A DNA stretch of 64,000 bases from Malacoraja senta (Eukaryota): the NCBI GenBank assembly GCA_038087875.1, contig CM075987.1, positions 24,864,001 to 24,928,000 on the forward strand. Reading direction: 5' to 3'. Made by a program: the position numbers and the translations under genes. Each line of letters begins with the position of its first letter. The stretch's first letter is position 1. The notes below the pieces were generated by a model that ran no database searches, had not been told where the DNA came from, and saw nothing but the letters and a program-made list of their open reading frames with translations. Shown here piece by piece: positions 12,054-24,675 of this stretch.

Positions 12054-13666
12054 CAGTGGCTTGCAAAAGTATTCATACCCCTTGAACTTTTCCACATTTT
12101 GTCACGTTACAACCACAAACGCGAATGTATTTTATTGGGATTTTATGTGATAGACCAACACAAAGTGGTGCATAATTGTGAAGTGGAAGGAAAATGATAC
12201 ATGGTTTTGAAATTTTTTTACAAATAAAAAACTTAAAAGTGTGGTGTGCAAAAGTATTCAGCCCCACTGAGTCAATACTTTGTAGAACCACCTTTCGCTG
12301 CAATTACAGCTGCAAGTCTTTTGGGGTATGTCTCTACCAGCTTTGCACATCTAGAGACTGAAATTTTTGCCCATTCTTTGCAAAATAGCTCAAGCTCAGT
12401 CAGATTGGAGGGAGAGCGCCTGTGAACAGCAATTTTCAAGTCTTGCCAGAGATTCTCAATTGGATTTAGGTCTGGACTTTGACTGGGCCATTCTAACACA
12501 TGAATATGCTTTGATCTAAACCATTCCATTGTAGCTCTGGCTGTATGTTTAGGGTCGTTGTCCTGCTGGCAGGTGAACCTCCGCCCCAGTCTCAAGTCTT
12601 TTGCAGACTCTAACAGGTTTTCTTCCAAGATTGCCCTGTATTTGGCTCCATCCATCTTCCCATCAACTCAGACTAGCTTCCCTGTCCCTGCTGAAGAAAA
12701 GCATCCCCACAAAATGATGCTGCCACCACCATGTTTCACAGTGGGGATGATGTGTTCAGGGTGATGTGCAGTGTTAGTTTTCCGCCACACATAGCGTTTT
12801 GCATTTAGGCCAAAAACTTCAATTTTGGTCTCATCTGACCAGAGCACCTTCCTCCACATGTTTGCTGTGTCGCCCACATGGCTTGTGGCAAACTGAAAAT
12901 GGGACTTCTTATGGCTTTTTTTCAACAATGGCTTTCTTCTTGCCACTCTTCCATAAAGGCCCGATTTGTGGAGTGCCCGACTAATAGTTGTCCTGTGGAC
13001 AGATTCTCAACCTGAGCTGTGGATCTCTGCAGCTCCTCCAGAGTTACCATGGGCCTCTTGGCTGCTTCTCTGATCAATGCTCTCCTTGCCCGGCCTGTCA
13101 GTTTAGGTGGACGGCCATGTCTTGGTAGGTTTGCAGTTGTGCCATACTCTTTCCATTTTTGGTTGATGGATTGAACAGTGCTCCGTGAGATGTTCAAAGC
13201 TTGGGATATTTTTTTATAACCTTACCCTGCTTTAAACTTCTCCACAACTTTATCCCTGACCTGTCTGGTGTGTTCCTTGGGCTTCATGATGCTGTTTGTT
13301 CACTAATGTTCTCTAACAAACCTCTGAGGCCTTCACAGAACAGCTGTATTTATACTGAGATTAGATTACACACAAGTGGACTCTATTTACTAATTATATG
13401 ACTTCTGAAGGCAATTGGTTGCACTGGATTTTATTTAGGGGTATCAGAGTAAAGGGGGCTCAATACGTTTGCACGCCACACTTTTCAGTTTTTTATTTGT
13501 AAAAATATTTGAAAACCATGTATCATTTTCCTTCCACTTCACAATTATGCGCCACTTTGTGTTGGTCTATCACATAAAATCCCAATTATATACATTTACG
13601 TTTGTGGTTGTAACGTGACAAAATGTGGAAAAGTTCAAGGGGTATGAATACTTTTGCAAGCCACTG
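12054..13666 (-). mobile_element. Full-length Tc1-family DNA transposon
   Basis: TIRs of about 210 bp beginning CAGTGGCTTGCAAAAGTATTCATACCCCTTG; TA TSDs at 12052-12053 and 13667-13668; internal transposase. Confidence 0.96.
12272..13287 (-). pseudogene. Tc1 DD34E transposase with a stop and frameshifts
   Basis: [70 protein letters not shown] spread over three ORFs. Confidence 0.93.
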
Positions 13667-14394
13667 TACATAAGTTCATTTCTAGGAACGTCAGAACTAG
13701 TTTTGTCTCTTTTAACAATTGTTTCTTCTTGTCAGCATTATGTGCTTTTTAATGCCATTCATTACAAAATGGTAAACAGTGATTTTTGTCTATTTTCTGA
13801 CATGTACAAGAATCAACATCTGTAGAAATGGAATCCATTTGTTAGTCAGGGAAGGTCTGTGCTCAGATTAATTTATGCACATTTGCTCCGAATCCCTCAT
13901 TAACCCTCCCACCAAAATTCCTATCTAACATGGCAGTGAAAGTACCAACTGACCCATAGCATCCTAAAAGCCTTTTGGGGAGAGCGCTCCAGGTTTCCAC
14001 TGTGTTGTGTGAATCAGACGTCTTGCCAGTTTCAAGGAATCGTAAAGTTGGTGACATAGAAGATGGTGTCCGTGCCGGCTGGAAAATAGCTGCCCAAATT
14101 CCAGAACTTGATCCGTAGCCTTTCAGGCAGGCGCACTGTTCATCGTCTTCCAAAATTCCGTAGGTTGCAGAATGGTTCACACAAATTGGAAGAGAGCAAA
14201 TGACACCTCACTATTTCTGGAGAGAGCGAGATAGAAAATGAGGAACTGCAGATCAGTTAGGCTGGCATCAGGATTAGGGAAATGCTAGACTGTGGACTTA
14301 AATTAAAGATATGGTAGCAGGAAACATAAAAACTAAATAATTTAGCAGATGCAGCGCACATTTACAACTAGCACACCAAAGATAAAACATACAG

Positions 14395-17300
14395 CAAGGC
14401 TCGAAATTAATGATTGCCCAGTTGCCAATGGCCACCTAAAGTCCCGCCGGGCAACCTAAAAGCCGTGTCATTTTGCCCGGCTTGATATTGCAGATACTGG
14501 TTTATACCGAAGATAGACACAAAAAAATTGTGTAACTCAGCGGGTCAGGCAGCATCTCTGGAGAAGAAGAATAAGTGATGTTTCGGGTCGAGACCCTTCT
14601 TCAGAAGGAGAAGGAAATACATTCAATTTTCCATTAGCCCTCCAGCTATTCATATTCCGGAGAACCAAAACTTGCACTCTGATAGCAGTAAATTTGATGC
14701 AGTATTTTTTGCAGTGTTATTATTGTGCCCATTGGCTCAAATAGGGAATCTGTGGCCGAATAATGGTGCTCGCAAGCGTTCCCTGCAGCCGATCGACACC
14801 GCAGAACTGCAGCCCGCAGATCCCGTCCCACGCACTGCACTGACGCAAGCCAGTGTGATTTTTTAATATGCAAGCGAGCTACGGTGACATTTTTGTTTGT
14901 TTCAAATGCAGAAGCGAACGGAGATAGTTAGAAATAAAATAAATAAACGGTTAGGTGTAGGAAGGAACTGCAGATGCTGGTTTAAACAGAAGATAGCACA
15001 AAAAGCTGGAGTAACTCAGCAGGTCAGGCAGCATCTCTGGAAAAAGGAACTACAGATGCTGGTTTATACCAAAGATAGACACAATAAGCTGGAGAACTCA
15101 GCCAGTCAGGCAGCATTTCTGGAGAAAAGCAATAGGTGACGTTTCGGACCGAGACCCTCTTTCAGACTGAGAGTCAGGGGAAAGGGAAATTATATCTATA
15201 GATAGTGATAGAGAAATATAGAACAAATGAATGAAAGTTATACAACAAAGTAACGATGATCAAGGAAAGGTGGAGCCTGCAATGGTCCATGGTTTGAGAG
15301 AAGGAATGTGTGACCTTTCTTGTCGAGATCCTTCTTCTCCAGAGATGCTATCTGTCCCACTGAGATACTCCAGCATTTTGTGTCTATCTTCAGTGTAAAC
15401 CAGCATCTGCAGTTCCTTCCTACATACATGGTCCATTGTTGGCAGCGAAAATAGACACAAAATGCTGGAATAAATCAGCGGGACAAGCAGCATCTCTGAA
15501 GAGAAGGAATTGGTCCTCCATCCTATTCTCCGACTAGTTTTACTGTCCTCCTGATTAATTTTAATGTTTGCATACCTCGTTGTCACCTTCCCCTCAGCCA
15601 ACAATGAACACAAAACGCTGGAGTTACTCAGCGAGACAGGCAGCATCTTTGGAGGGTCTGAAGAAAGGTCGCGACCTGAAACGTTATTCATTCCTCTCCT
15701 ATCTATCTAGGGTGGGGGTGGTGTGTAGGAAGGAACTGCGGATGCTGGTTTAAACCGAAGATAGACACCAAATGCTGGAAAACTCAGCAGGACAGGCAGT
15801 ATCTCCGGAGGGAAGGAATGGGTGACGTTTCGGGTCGAGATTCTTCTTCAGACTGAGAATCAGGGGAAAGGGAGACAGAGATATGGAATGTTAAGATGTG
15901 AGAACACAGATCAAAGGGGACTATGGTCAAGGAAGGTTTATTGTTAGTGGAGGGGAAGCTGACAACGAGGCAAACAATCAGTAAAATGTTTTAATCAGTG
16001 AAACTAATCGGAGAACTAGGAGGGGTGAGGCGGAGCGAGGGGGAAACAATGCTTACTTGAAGTTAAATAAATCAATATTTATACCGCTGAATAGATACAA
16101 AAAGCTGCAGTAACTCAGCGGGTTCGGCAGCATCTCTGGAGAAAAGGAATAGTGGACATTTCGGGTCAAGATCCTTCTTCATTCATACCACTGGGCTGTA
16201 AGGTGCCCAAGCGAAATATGATCTGCTGCTCCTCCAATTTACCTTGGGCTTCACTCTGGCAGTGGAGAGTGGACGGAGAGAGAGGGGATGCAAGGGTTAC
16301 TTGAAGGTAGATAAATCAATGTTCATACTTTAGTTTAGTATTTAGTTTAAAGATACAGCACGGAAACAGTCCCTTCGGCCCACCGAGTCCGCGCCGACCA
16401 GTGATCCCAACCAACACATACCGCTGGGTTGTAGGTTGCCCAAGCGAAATATGACGTGCTGTTTCTCCAATATACGTTGGGCCTCATTCACTCTGACAGT
16501 GGAGGGTGGACGGCGAGATAGGGGATGCAAGGGTGAAATCTGAAGAAGGATCTCGACCCGAAACGTCACCCATTCCTTCCCTCCAGAGATGCTGCCTGTC
16601 CTGCTGAGTTACTCCAACATTGTGTGTCTATGCTCGATGCGAGGGCTGCTAACGTGCAGTGAAGGGGGGAAAGCGCGCCACATGGGCGCGGGGTGGTTTG
16701 TAGGCCGGCGCTCGCCGTAGGCCGCGGTTGCCGGGGCAACGGCTATAGTGCGGGGTGACAGAGGGTCGGAGTGAATGACAGGCCCCACACAGCAGTAGCG
16801 GCGGCTCCACCTCCTCCTCCACCCGCACCCCGCCCGTCCTCATAGCAGCCTCTGCGTGCCACTCCGCCAACGGCGATTACCGCTTTCAAAACAAACCCTC
16901 CCGCAGGCCGAGGCCGGGTGGAGAGAGGGAGGGAGGAAGGGGGTGGCCCCCCCTCCGCCGTCTGAAACACCTGCACCGCTCGGCCCCTCACCTTCCTGTT
17001 GACTGGCGGAGGAGAGGAGACGGTGACGAGGAACACCAACTGCCTCACCCTTTGGCTGCGGAACTTGGCGGTGGGCAGGGACGGCCAAGGCAGCGGGGCG
17101 ATGATGCCGGTGTTGTCCGAGGAGCGCTGACCTTCCTTCCTCCCCACCTCCTCTACCCCTTCCCCTCTCTCTCTTGTACGCCCCCTCCACCCCTTATCCT
17201 GGGACCCCTCCTCTCCATCCCGCACTGATCCCCATTCGCGCCTGTATTAAGACCTCCCCATCTACCCACCCCCCCATCTATTCATCCTGCACTGATCTCC

Positions 17301-17655
17301 CTATCCAGCTCACATTGATTCTCCTGCCACCCCCCATCCATCCTACACTGGTCCCGCAATTCATCCTGTACTGACCCCCCTTCCCAGCCATCCTGCACTG
17401 TTCTTCCCATTCATCCTGTACTAATCCCCCATCCATCCTGCACTGCTCTCCCGACCCATCCTGTACTGACTCTCCTCCATTTATCCTGCACCGATCCCCC
17501 CGTCCATCCTGTCGTGATCTACCCATTCATCCTGTACTGAATTTCCCATTCATCCTGCACCGACCCCCCCCCCATTCATCCTGTAGCGACCCCCCCCCAT
17601 TCATCCTGTAGTGATCCCCCCCATCCATACTGTAGTGATCCACCCATTCATCCGG
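14395..17655. mobile_element. Second, longer and diverged copy of the 5-bp-TSD element; right end not found
   Basis: Left end caaggctcgaaatta..ggcaacctaaa..cattttgcccggcttg matches 20040-20130; GC-rich block and ccatcctgtactga minisatellite at 16780-17650 match 20270-21330. Confidence 0.68.
16540..16567 (+). ncRNA. Minimal hammerhead-ribozyme-like motif
   Basis: ctgaagaaggatctcgacccgaaacgtc, in a Penelope-derived terminal unit. Confidence 0.55.
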
Positions 17656-17659
17656 CACA

Positions 17660-19362
17660 TCATTCAAAGGTGTATCAAACTGCATGACCTCAGACCTTCT
17701 ACAGATTGTAAACACGTCCCTTCTCTCAGGTGTCTTCTCACAGGACCTGAAAACTGCTGTTATCAAGCCTCTCTTAAAAAAGAAGAACTTAGACACTTCA
17801 CTACTGAACAATTACAGACCAATATCAAACCTCCCATTTCTCAGTAAAATCATTGGAAAAGCTGTTTTTAAGCAGCTGAACAATTTCATGTTAATGAACA
17901 GCTGTTTTGATGTCTTCCAGTCAGGATTTAGACCACATCACAGCACCGAGACGGCTCTTGTTAAGGTCTTCAATGACATTCACTTAAACACAGACAATGG
18001 CAAAATTTCAGTCTTAGTATTACTAGATCTCAGTGCTGCATTCGACACAGTCGATCACTACATATTACTAGACCGTCTGGAAAACTGGGTGGGACTTTAA
18101 TGCACAGCATTAAAATGGTTTGAATCCTACTTGAAGGACAGGGACTACTTTGTGTCTATAGGTAATTACACATCTGAGCGTGCAAAAATTACACGTGGAG
18201 TTCCCCAGGGCTACATTCTGGGGCTGTTTAACATCTACATGCTTCCACTGGCTCAGATCATGAAAAACATCAAAATATGTTACCATAGTTACGCAGGCGA
18301 CACACAAATCTACATAACAATATCACCAGGAGACTATAGTCCAATACAAGCACTGAGTAGATGCATTGAGCAAATCAACGATTGGATGAACCAGAATTTT
18401 CTCCAATTAAACAAAGAAAAAACTGAAATAATTGTTTTTGGAGCCAAGGAAGAACGATTAAAAGTTAGCACCCAGCTTCAAATGGTAATGCTAAAAACAA
18501 CAAACCAAGCCAGAAACTTAGTAGTCATGGACTCAGACCTGAACTTCAACAGCCACATAAAAACAGTCACAAAGTCAGCCTACTATCACCTGAGGAATAT
18601 ATCAAGGATTATGGGGCTTATGTGTCAGCATGATTTGGAAAAACTTGTCCATGCATTTATCTTCAGCAGGCTCGACTACTGTAACAGTGTCTTTACAGTC
18701 TCCCTAAAAAATCGATCAGACAGCTGCAGTTAATTCAGAACGCTGCTGCTCGAGTCCTTACTAAGAACAAAAAAGTAGATCACATTACTCCAGTTCTGAG
18801 GTCTTTACACTGGCTTCCTGTCTGTCAAAGAATTGATTTCAAAATACTACTGTTGGTTTACAAAGCACTGAATGGTTTAGGGCCAAAATACATTTCTGAT
18901 CTTCTGCTTAGCTACGAACCACCCAGACCTCTCAGATCGTCTGGGACAGGTCTGCTCTGTGTCCCCAGAGTCAGAACTAAACATGGAGAGGCAGCATTTA
19001 GTTTTTATACACCAATATCTGGAACAAACTCCCAGAAAACTGCAGGTCTGCTGCAACTCTCAGCTCTTTTAAATCTAGACTGAAGACTTTTCTGTTTGCC
19101 GCTGCCTTTCAGTAAACAATACCATTTATTAATTACCTATACTGCACTGTAACTTCTATTCCTGGTTTATTCTATTTTAAATATTTTTATTGATTGCTTT
19201 TAATTTTGTAATTATTTTATCTGAATAATCGAATAATCATTTTATATCTAAATGTCATTTTATATGTCTTTCTTTCAAATGCTTTAAATGTTTTATGTAA
19301 AGCACTTTGAATTACCTTGTGGTTGAAAGGTGCTATAAAAATAAACTTGCCTTGCCTTGTCT
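17660..19362 (+). mobile_element. L2-clade LINE, 5'-truncated, RT pseudogene
   Basis: [72 protein letters not shown]; tail aaataaa(cttgc)n. Confidence 0.92.
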
Positions 19363-19865
19363 TACTCCAGCTCCAGCGAGTGATTCTGCGTTGGTTTTCA
19401 GCGGTCACGGCGAGTGGACAGCAATGGCGGCCAGATCTCCCACCATGCAATGGGAGGGAGAAAGTGACCGACGCTGACCAGTTGCAGTGGCAGTGAGCTT
19501 GTGCAGGGCGGCACATGCGCACAACCACGGCCGATGATGCGCTGGCAAAGATCCTCGCAATAGGATCTTTGGTGCTGGTCGTGGTTGTGCGCATGTGTAA
19601 GGCGGCCGGCCGTGCTGCGGATGAGGGGCGGGCGGAGACCAGAGACATGGACACGGGTGGCAGACGGAGATGGAGAGAGAAAGATAGAGAGGAGCCGGCT
19701 CAGAATTAAACGAGAGGTGTCCCTGGTGCTTCGCTCCATAGCTGCTGCCTCACCCGCTGAGTTTCTCCAGCACTTTTGTCTACCACCTATTACATTCAAT
19801 CGTTAGTTAACTTCAGAGTGGTGGCGTTCGTGCGTGCGCACGTGGAGGGCGTGCGTGTGTGCGGG

Positions 19866-21935
19866 CACACAATACTCCAGGTGTGGTCTCACTAGGGCCC
19901 TGTACAACTGCAGAAGGACCTCTTTGCTCCTGTACTCAACTCCTCTTGTTATAAAGGCCAACCGGCCAAAACTGCACACAATACTCCAGGTGTGGTCTCA
20001 CCAGGGCCCTGTACAACTGCTAAAGGACCTCTTTGCTCCCAGGGCTCGAAATTAGCGGTTGCCCGGGTGCCATTGACCACAGAAAGTGCCCCCGGGCAAC
20101 CTAAACGCCGACTCATTTTGCCCGGCTTGGCACACAAATCCTGCTTTATACGGGTAGACGCAAAAAAGTGGAGTAACTCCGCGGGTCATGCAGCATCTCT
20201 GGAGAGTAGGAATTGACGTTTCGGGGCGGCGGCTGTATTCCTCTAGTATCTTTAATTGCGGGTCAAAGATACTGGGTGCGGGGTGACGAAGGGGCGGGGC
20301 GAATGACGGGCCCCGAACAACGGCAACAGCGGCTCCACGACCTCCTCCTCCCGTCCCCTGCCCGGCGGAAGGAGCTCTCCCTGTCCCTCTCCCTCTCCCT
20401 CTCCCTCTCCCTCTCCCTCTCCCTCTCCCTCTCCCTCCCCTCCTCTCTCCGGCCTCGGCGTGAGAGAGGGGGTGTTTTGAAAGCGCCTTTTGCGGATTTG
20501 CCCTATCGCGCTGATAACGGTCGCTGCTTGCAACTCCGCTAAGTATCGGCGCTTTCAAACCAACCCCTCTCGCACGCCAGGGAGGGAGAGGGTCTCCTTC
20601 CGCTGTCTGAAGCAGCTGCACCAAAGATGCTACAGCTATAGGATCTTTCAGCTGCACCGCTCGGCCCCGCACCTTCCTGTCGGCTGGCGGAGGAGGGGAG
20701 GCGGCGGCACTTTGACGTTAGACAGGGACGGCCAAGGCAGTGGGGCGATGTTGTCCGAGGAGCGCTGACCTTCCTTCCTCCCCACCTCCCCCTCTCCCTC
20801 CTCCCCTCCCCCCTCTCCTCTCCCCTCTCCCCTCCCCCTCCGCCCCTCTTATCCTGGGGACCCCTCCTCTCCATCCCGCACTGATCCCCATTCCCTCCTC
20901 TATTCAGTCCTCACTGACATCCCCTGTACTCCCCTCCCCATCTACCCTCCTCCCCAATCCTGCCACCCCATCCATCCTACACTGGTCCCTGAATTCATCC
21001 TGTACTGACCCCCCTTCCGATCCATCCTGCACTTCTCCCCCATTCATACTGCACTGATCCACCCATTCATCCCGTACTGACCCACCCTCCATTTACCCTG
21101 CACCAATCCCCCCATCCATCCTGTAGTGATCTCCACATTTATCTTTTACTGATCCCCCATTCATCCTGTACTGATCCCCTCATTTATCCCGTAGTGATTC
21201 TCCATTCATCCCGCATAGACCCTCCGATCCACACTGTCCTGACCCCCCCCCCCATTTCATCCTGTACTGATCCGTCCATTCATCCTGTGCTGATCCCCCC
21301 CCCCCATCCATCCTGTACTGATCCCCCCATTCAAGAAGAATGGGGGAACAGTCTGAAGAGGGTCACGACCCGAAACATTGCCTATTTCCTTAGCTCCATA
21401 GATGCTGCCTCACTCGCTGAATTTCTCCAGCATTTTGTCTACTCCCATTCATCCTGTACTGAACCCCCCATCCATCCCATACTTCGATTTTCCAGTATCT
21501 GCTGTTCCTTCTTGAACATAATATGTGAATGCTTCATTGAGCATAATTCCGACTGGTAACTACGCACTTCGTCCGAGCACATTATCGCACGCGTCATGCA
21601 AACCGTCTTCAATGACCACCTAAACTGTCATTTGGCAACCTAAAAAGCTGTCAAGGTTGCCCGGCTGGCAACAGGGAAAAAAAGTTAAGCGAGAGCCCCG
21701 GCTCCTGTACTCAACGCATCTTGTTATGAAGGCCAACAGGCAAAACTGCACACAATACTCCACGTGTGGTCTCACCAGGGCCCTGTACAACTGCAGAAGG
21801 ACCTCTTTGCTCCTCGACTCAACTCCTCTTGTTATGAAGGCCAACAGGCCAAAACTGCACACAATACTCCAGGTGTGGTCTCATTAGGTCCCCGTACTAC
21901 TGCAGAAGAACCTCTTTGCTTCTATACTCAAACTC
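19866..21935 (-). repeat. Four tandem copies of a ~108-bp CR1-derived unit, split by a DNA transposon
   Basis: Unit cacacaatactccaggtgtggtctcac..gaaggacctctttgctcc..ggccaaaactg at about 19866, 19975, 21750 and 21858. Confidence 0.8.
20040..21700. mobile_element. Non-autonomous DNA transposon with 5-bp TSD (hAT5-like)
   Basis: Termini cagggctcgaaatta ... ttaagcgagagccccg; subterminal ggcaacc/ggttgcc motifs; TSD gctcc at 20035-20039 and 21701-21705, and removing the element restores the CR1 unit. Confidence 0.78.
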
Positions 21936-22124
21936 TTTCTCAGTTTTCTTTAGTGTCCTTTCCAACAAAGTGAAAACATCTTTTCCACTTTGTGGAAAAC
22001 TCGATGTTTGAATTATGTTCTTCAACCAGTTTAATCCAATTTAGTTTAGAGATACAGTGTGGAAACAGGCCGTTTGGCCCACCGAGTCCGTGACGACCAG
22101 CGATCGCTCATTCACACACTAGTT

Positions 22125-22127
<3 letters not shown>

Positions 22128-22215
<88 letters not shown>
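22128..22215. repeat. (CT)n microsatellite
   Basis: About 44 CT units. Confidence 0.97.
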
Positions 22216-22218
<3 letters not shown>

Positions 22219-24475
22219 AACTTTTTTCAATTTAAAACTTTATTGGCATGATACAAAAAACATAGTTATATTGCCAAAGTATGAAACATGACATACATAT
22301 TTAAGATGCATAAGTATAAATACAAGTATACAGTGCATAGATAGATATGTCCATGTACATACACTCGCAAGAGGCCTATAGCCCTTTATTGATTGCTACA
22401 CGTTCTTGCAGCTGTAAGCAGTACAACAGGATAGCTAATTTAGCAATTCAATATTCATTTCTTAGTGTCAGTTAATGTCAATTAGTGTGTGCGTACATAT
22501 GTGCATATTGGTCATTCACCGTCTCTCAGGTTATGGCATGCGGTTACGTATTGTGCACCAAGATGTGCCGTATTTCCTTCACCAAGGATTATTCTTAGTT
22601 TGATGTATCATCTAGTTCCTTAAAGTCAGGGGTTGCCTGACTGAGTTTGTCAAAGTATGTTTTCCTTGTTTTGTCAAATTTTTTGCATTTTAGGAGGAAG
22701 TGCACCTCTGTTTCAACCTCATCTGTCAAACAGTGGCCACATATTCTGTTTTCTCTTGGTTGCCAGAATCTCTTCTGTCTTCCTTTTTCAACTGCCAAAT
22801 AGTGGTCACTTAGCCTGCATTTGGTGAGGGTCTGTCTCTGTTTTATGTCTCTAACAGTTGAGAGATAGTCTGCCAATTTATAATCTCTTTTTTAGGGCAC
22901 GGTAGCATTCTAATCTGCTTTGGCTTTTGTTTTTTTTATCCCAATGTTCCAAATATGTTTCTTTACATTGTTTGATAATTTGGTTCACTCTAACTGGTGA
23001 TTGGGGATAAGTATTGATCTGAGGCTGGTCAGGATTTAACTGGATAGGGTTTAACTGAATGGGGGTAGTTAGTCTCCGTACCAACTGACACAGGGAACTC
23101 TTTTCTGGGCTCCCCTCTTGTGTTTTATGGGCTTTAAACTGGAGGGTATCTGGTGGGCTAGATTTAAGTGATTCCAAACATTTAGTGCTCTTTTTTGGAT
23201 ATTTATTATCAGTGGGTATCTGCCTAATTCTGCCTACATGCGTTTGTTGGTGTTTTCCTTTGGATGCGGAGGATGTTCCGACAAAATTCCGCATGCAGGG
23301 CCTCCGTTGTATGTTTTTCCCATTTACTATAACTATGGTGCCTGAGCGGCCCCCATACTTCACTACCATAAAGCGCATAGGCTGGATTACACTGTCAATA
23401 TTTTAATCCAGATTTTAATGGGAATTTGGATGTTGTAGAATCTTCTTTTCATTGCATACAGAGCTCTTCGAGCTTTCTCTTTTAGTGCATTCACTGCCAT
23501 ATTGAAGCTCCCCGATGCTGCAACAGTTAGACTAAGGTAAGTATAGCTCATAGTGTGTTCAATAATAATACCATTGAGAGTAAATTTGTATTTATCTTCC
23601 TGACATCTGGGTTTTTTCTGGGAAAATCATGATATTGGTTTTCTTTAGATTTACTGCCAGGGCCCAATTTTGGCAGTACTCATCAAGTAGGTCCAACTGT
23701 TGCTGCAGTCCCTGTTCTGTGGGGGACAGCAGAACCAAGTCATCCGCATAAAACAGAGATTTTAACCTCTCCGTCCAGGAGACAGAGGCCCGGCGCAGTG
23801 CTCTGGTCCAGCTTTATTGCCAAATCATTGATATATAAATTAAACAGTGTCGGGCTCAGATTGCAGCCTTGCGGACACCTCTTCTCTGGGTGAAGAGATC
23901 AGTGCGTTTGTCCCGAATTTAACGCCACATTTATTATTCAGATACATTAATTTGATAAGGTCATATACCTTTCCTCTTATACCACAACAGAGGAGTTTGT
24001 AGTAGAGCCCTTCATGCCAAATAGAGTCAAATGCTTTCTCAAAGTCAATAAAACAGGCAAATATATTTCCATTTTTTGCTTGGTGTACATGTTTTTCAAT
24101 GAGAGTGTGTAGGGTGTAAATGTGGTCAGTGGTACGATGTTTTGGGAGGAAAGCCAATTTGGTTTTTACTGAGAATGTTGTGTTTGTTAAGGAAATCCTG
24201 TATTCTGTTATTTATGATACTGCAGAATAACTTCCCTAGGCAGCTACTTACACAGATGCCGCGGTAGTTATTTGGGTCTAGTTTGTTTCCACTCTTATAA
24301 ATGGGTGAAATAAGCCCTTCGCACCAAATATCAGGGAAATAACCTGAACGTAGTATGATGTTGAACAGCCTAAGCACTATGTCCTGCATCTCCGGAGTGC
24401 TGTACTTGAGCATTTCATTTTAATGCTATCTGGACAACAGGCTTTCTTGGGTGAAGACATTTTATTTTTAAGGTG
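22216..24475 (-). mobile_element. RTE-X-like LINE, RT pseudogene running into an assembly gap
   Basis: DPNNYRGICVSSCLGKLF, QIGF..TTDHIYTL, FIDFEKAFDSIWH, C-terminal RLSDH.LAVEKGR..C..C...ETEVHFLLKC; the 3' end abuts (GA)n. Confidence 0.8.
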
Positions 24476-24675
24476 NNNNNNNNNNNNNNNNNNNNNNNNN
24501 NNNNNNNNNNNNNNNNNNNNNNNNNNNNNNNNNNNNNNNNNNNNNNNNNNNNNNNNNNNNNNNNNNNNNNNNNNNNNNNNNNNNNNNNNNNNNNNNNNNN
24601 NNNNNNNNNNNNNNNNNNNNNNNNNNNNNNNNNNNNNNNNNNNNNNNNNNNNNNNNNNNNNNNNNNNNNNNNNNN
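24476..24675. other. Assembly gap
   Basis: 200 N. Confidence 1.

Larger units (their letters stand above)
11962..13859. mobile_element. Old Tigger/pogo-like MITE into which the Tc1 inserted
   Basis: Imperfect 24-bp TIRs: caggccgtcccagagtaacaaatg at the left end and catttgttagtcagggaaggtctg at the right end. Confidence 0.6.

Noticed and set aside
13863..14180. 105-aa ORF containing CACLKGY (EGF-like look)
   Set aside because: Does not match ASTN2 as I recall it, and I see no convincing exon structure.
16649..17225. CpG-island-like segment with overlapping ORFs, possible promoter
   Set aside because: Homologous to 20270-20900, so it is transposon interior; the ORFs reflect GC content.
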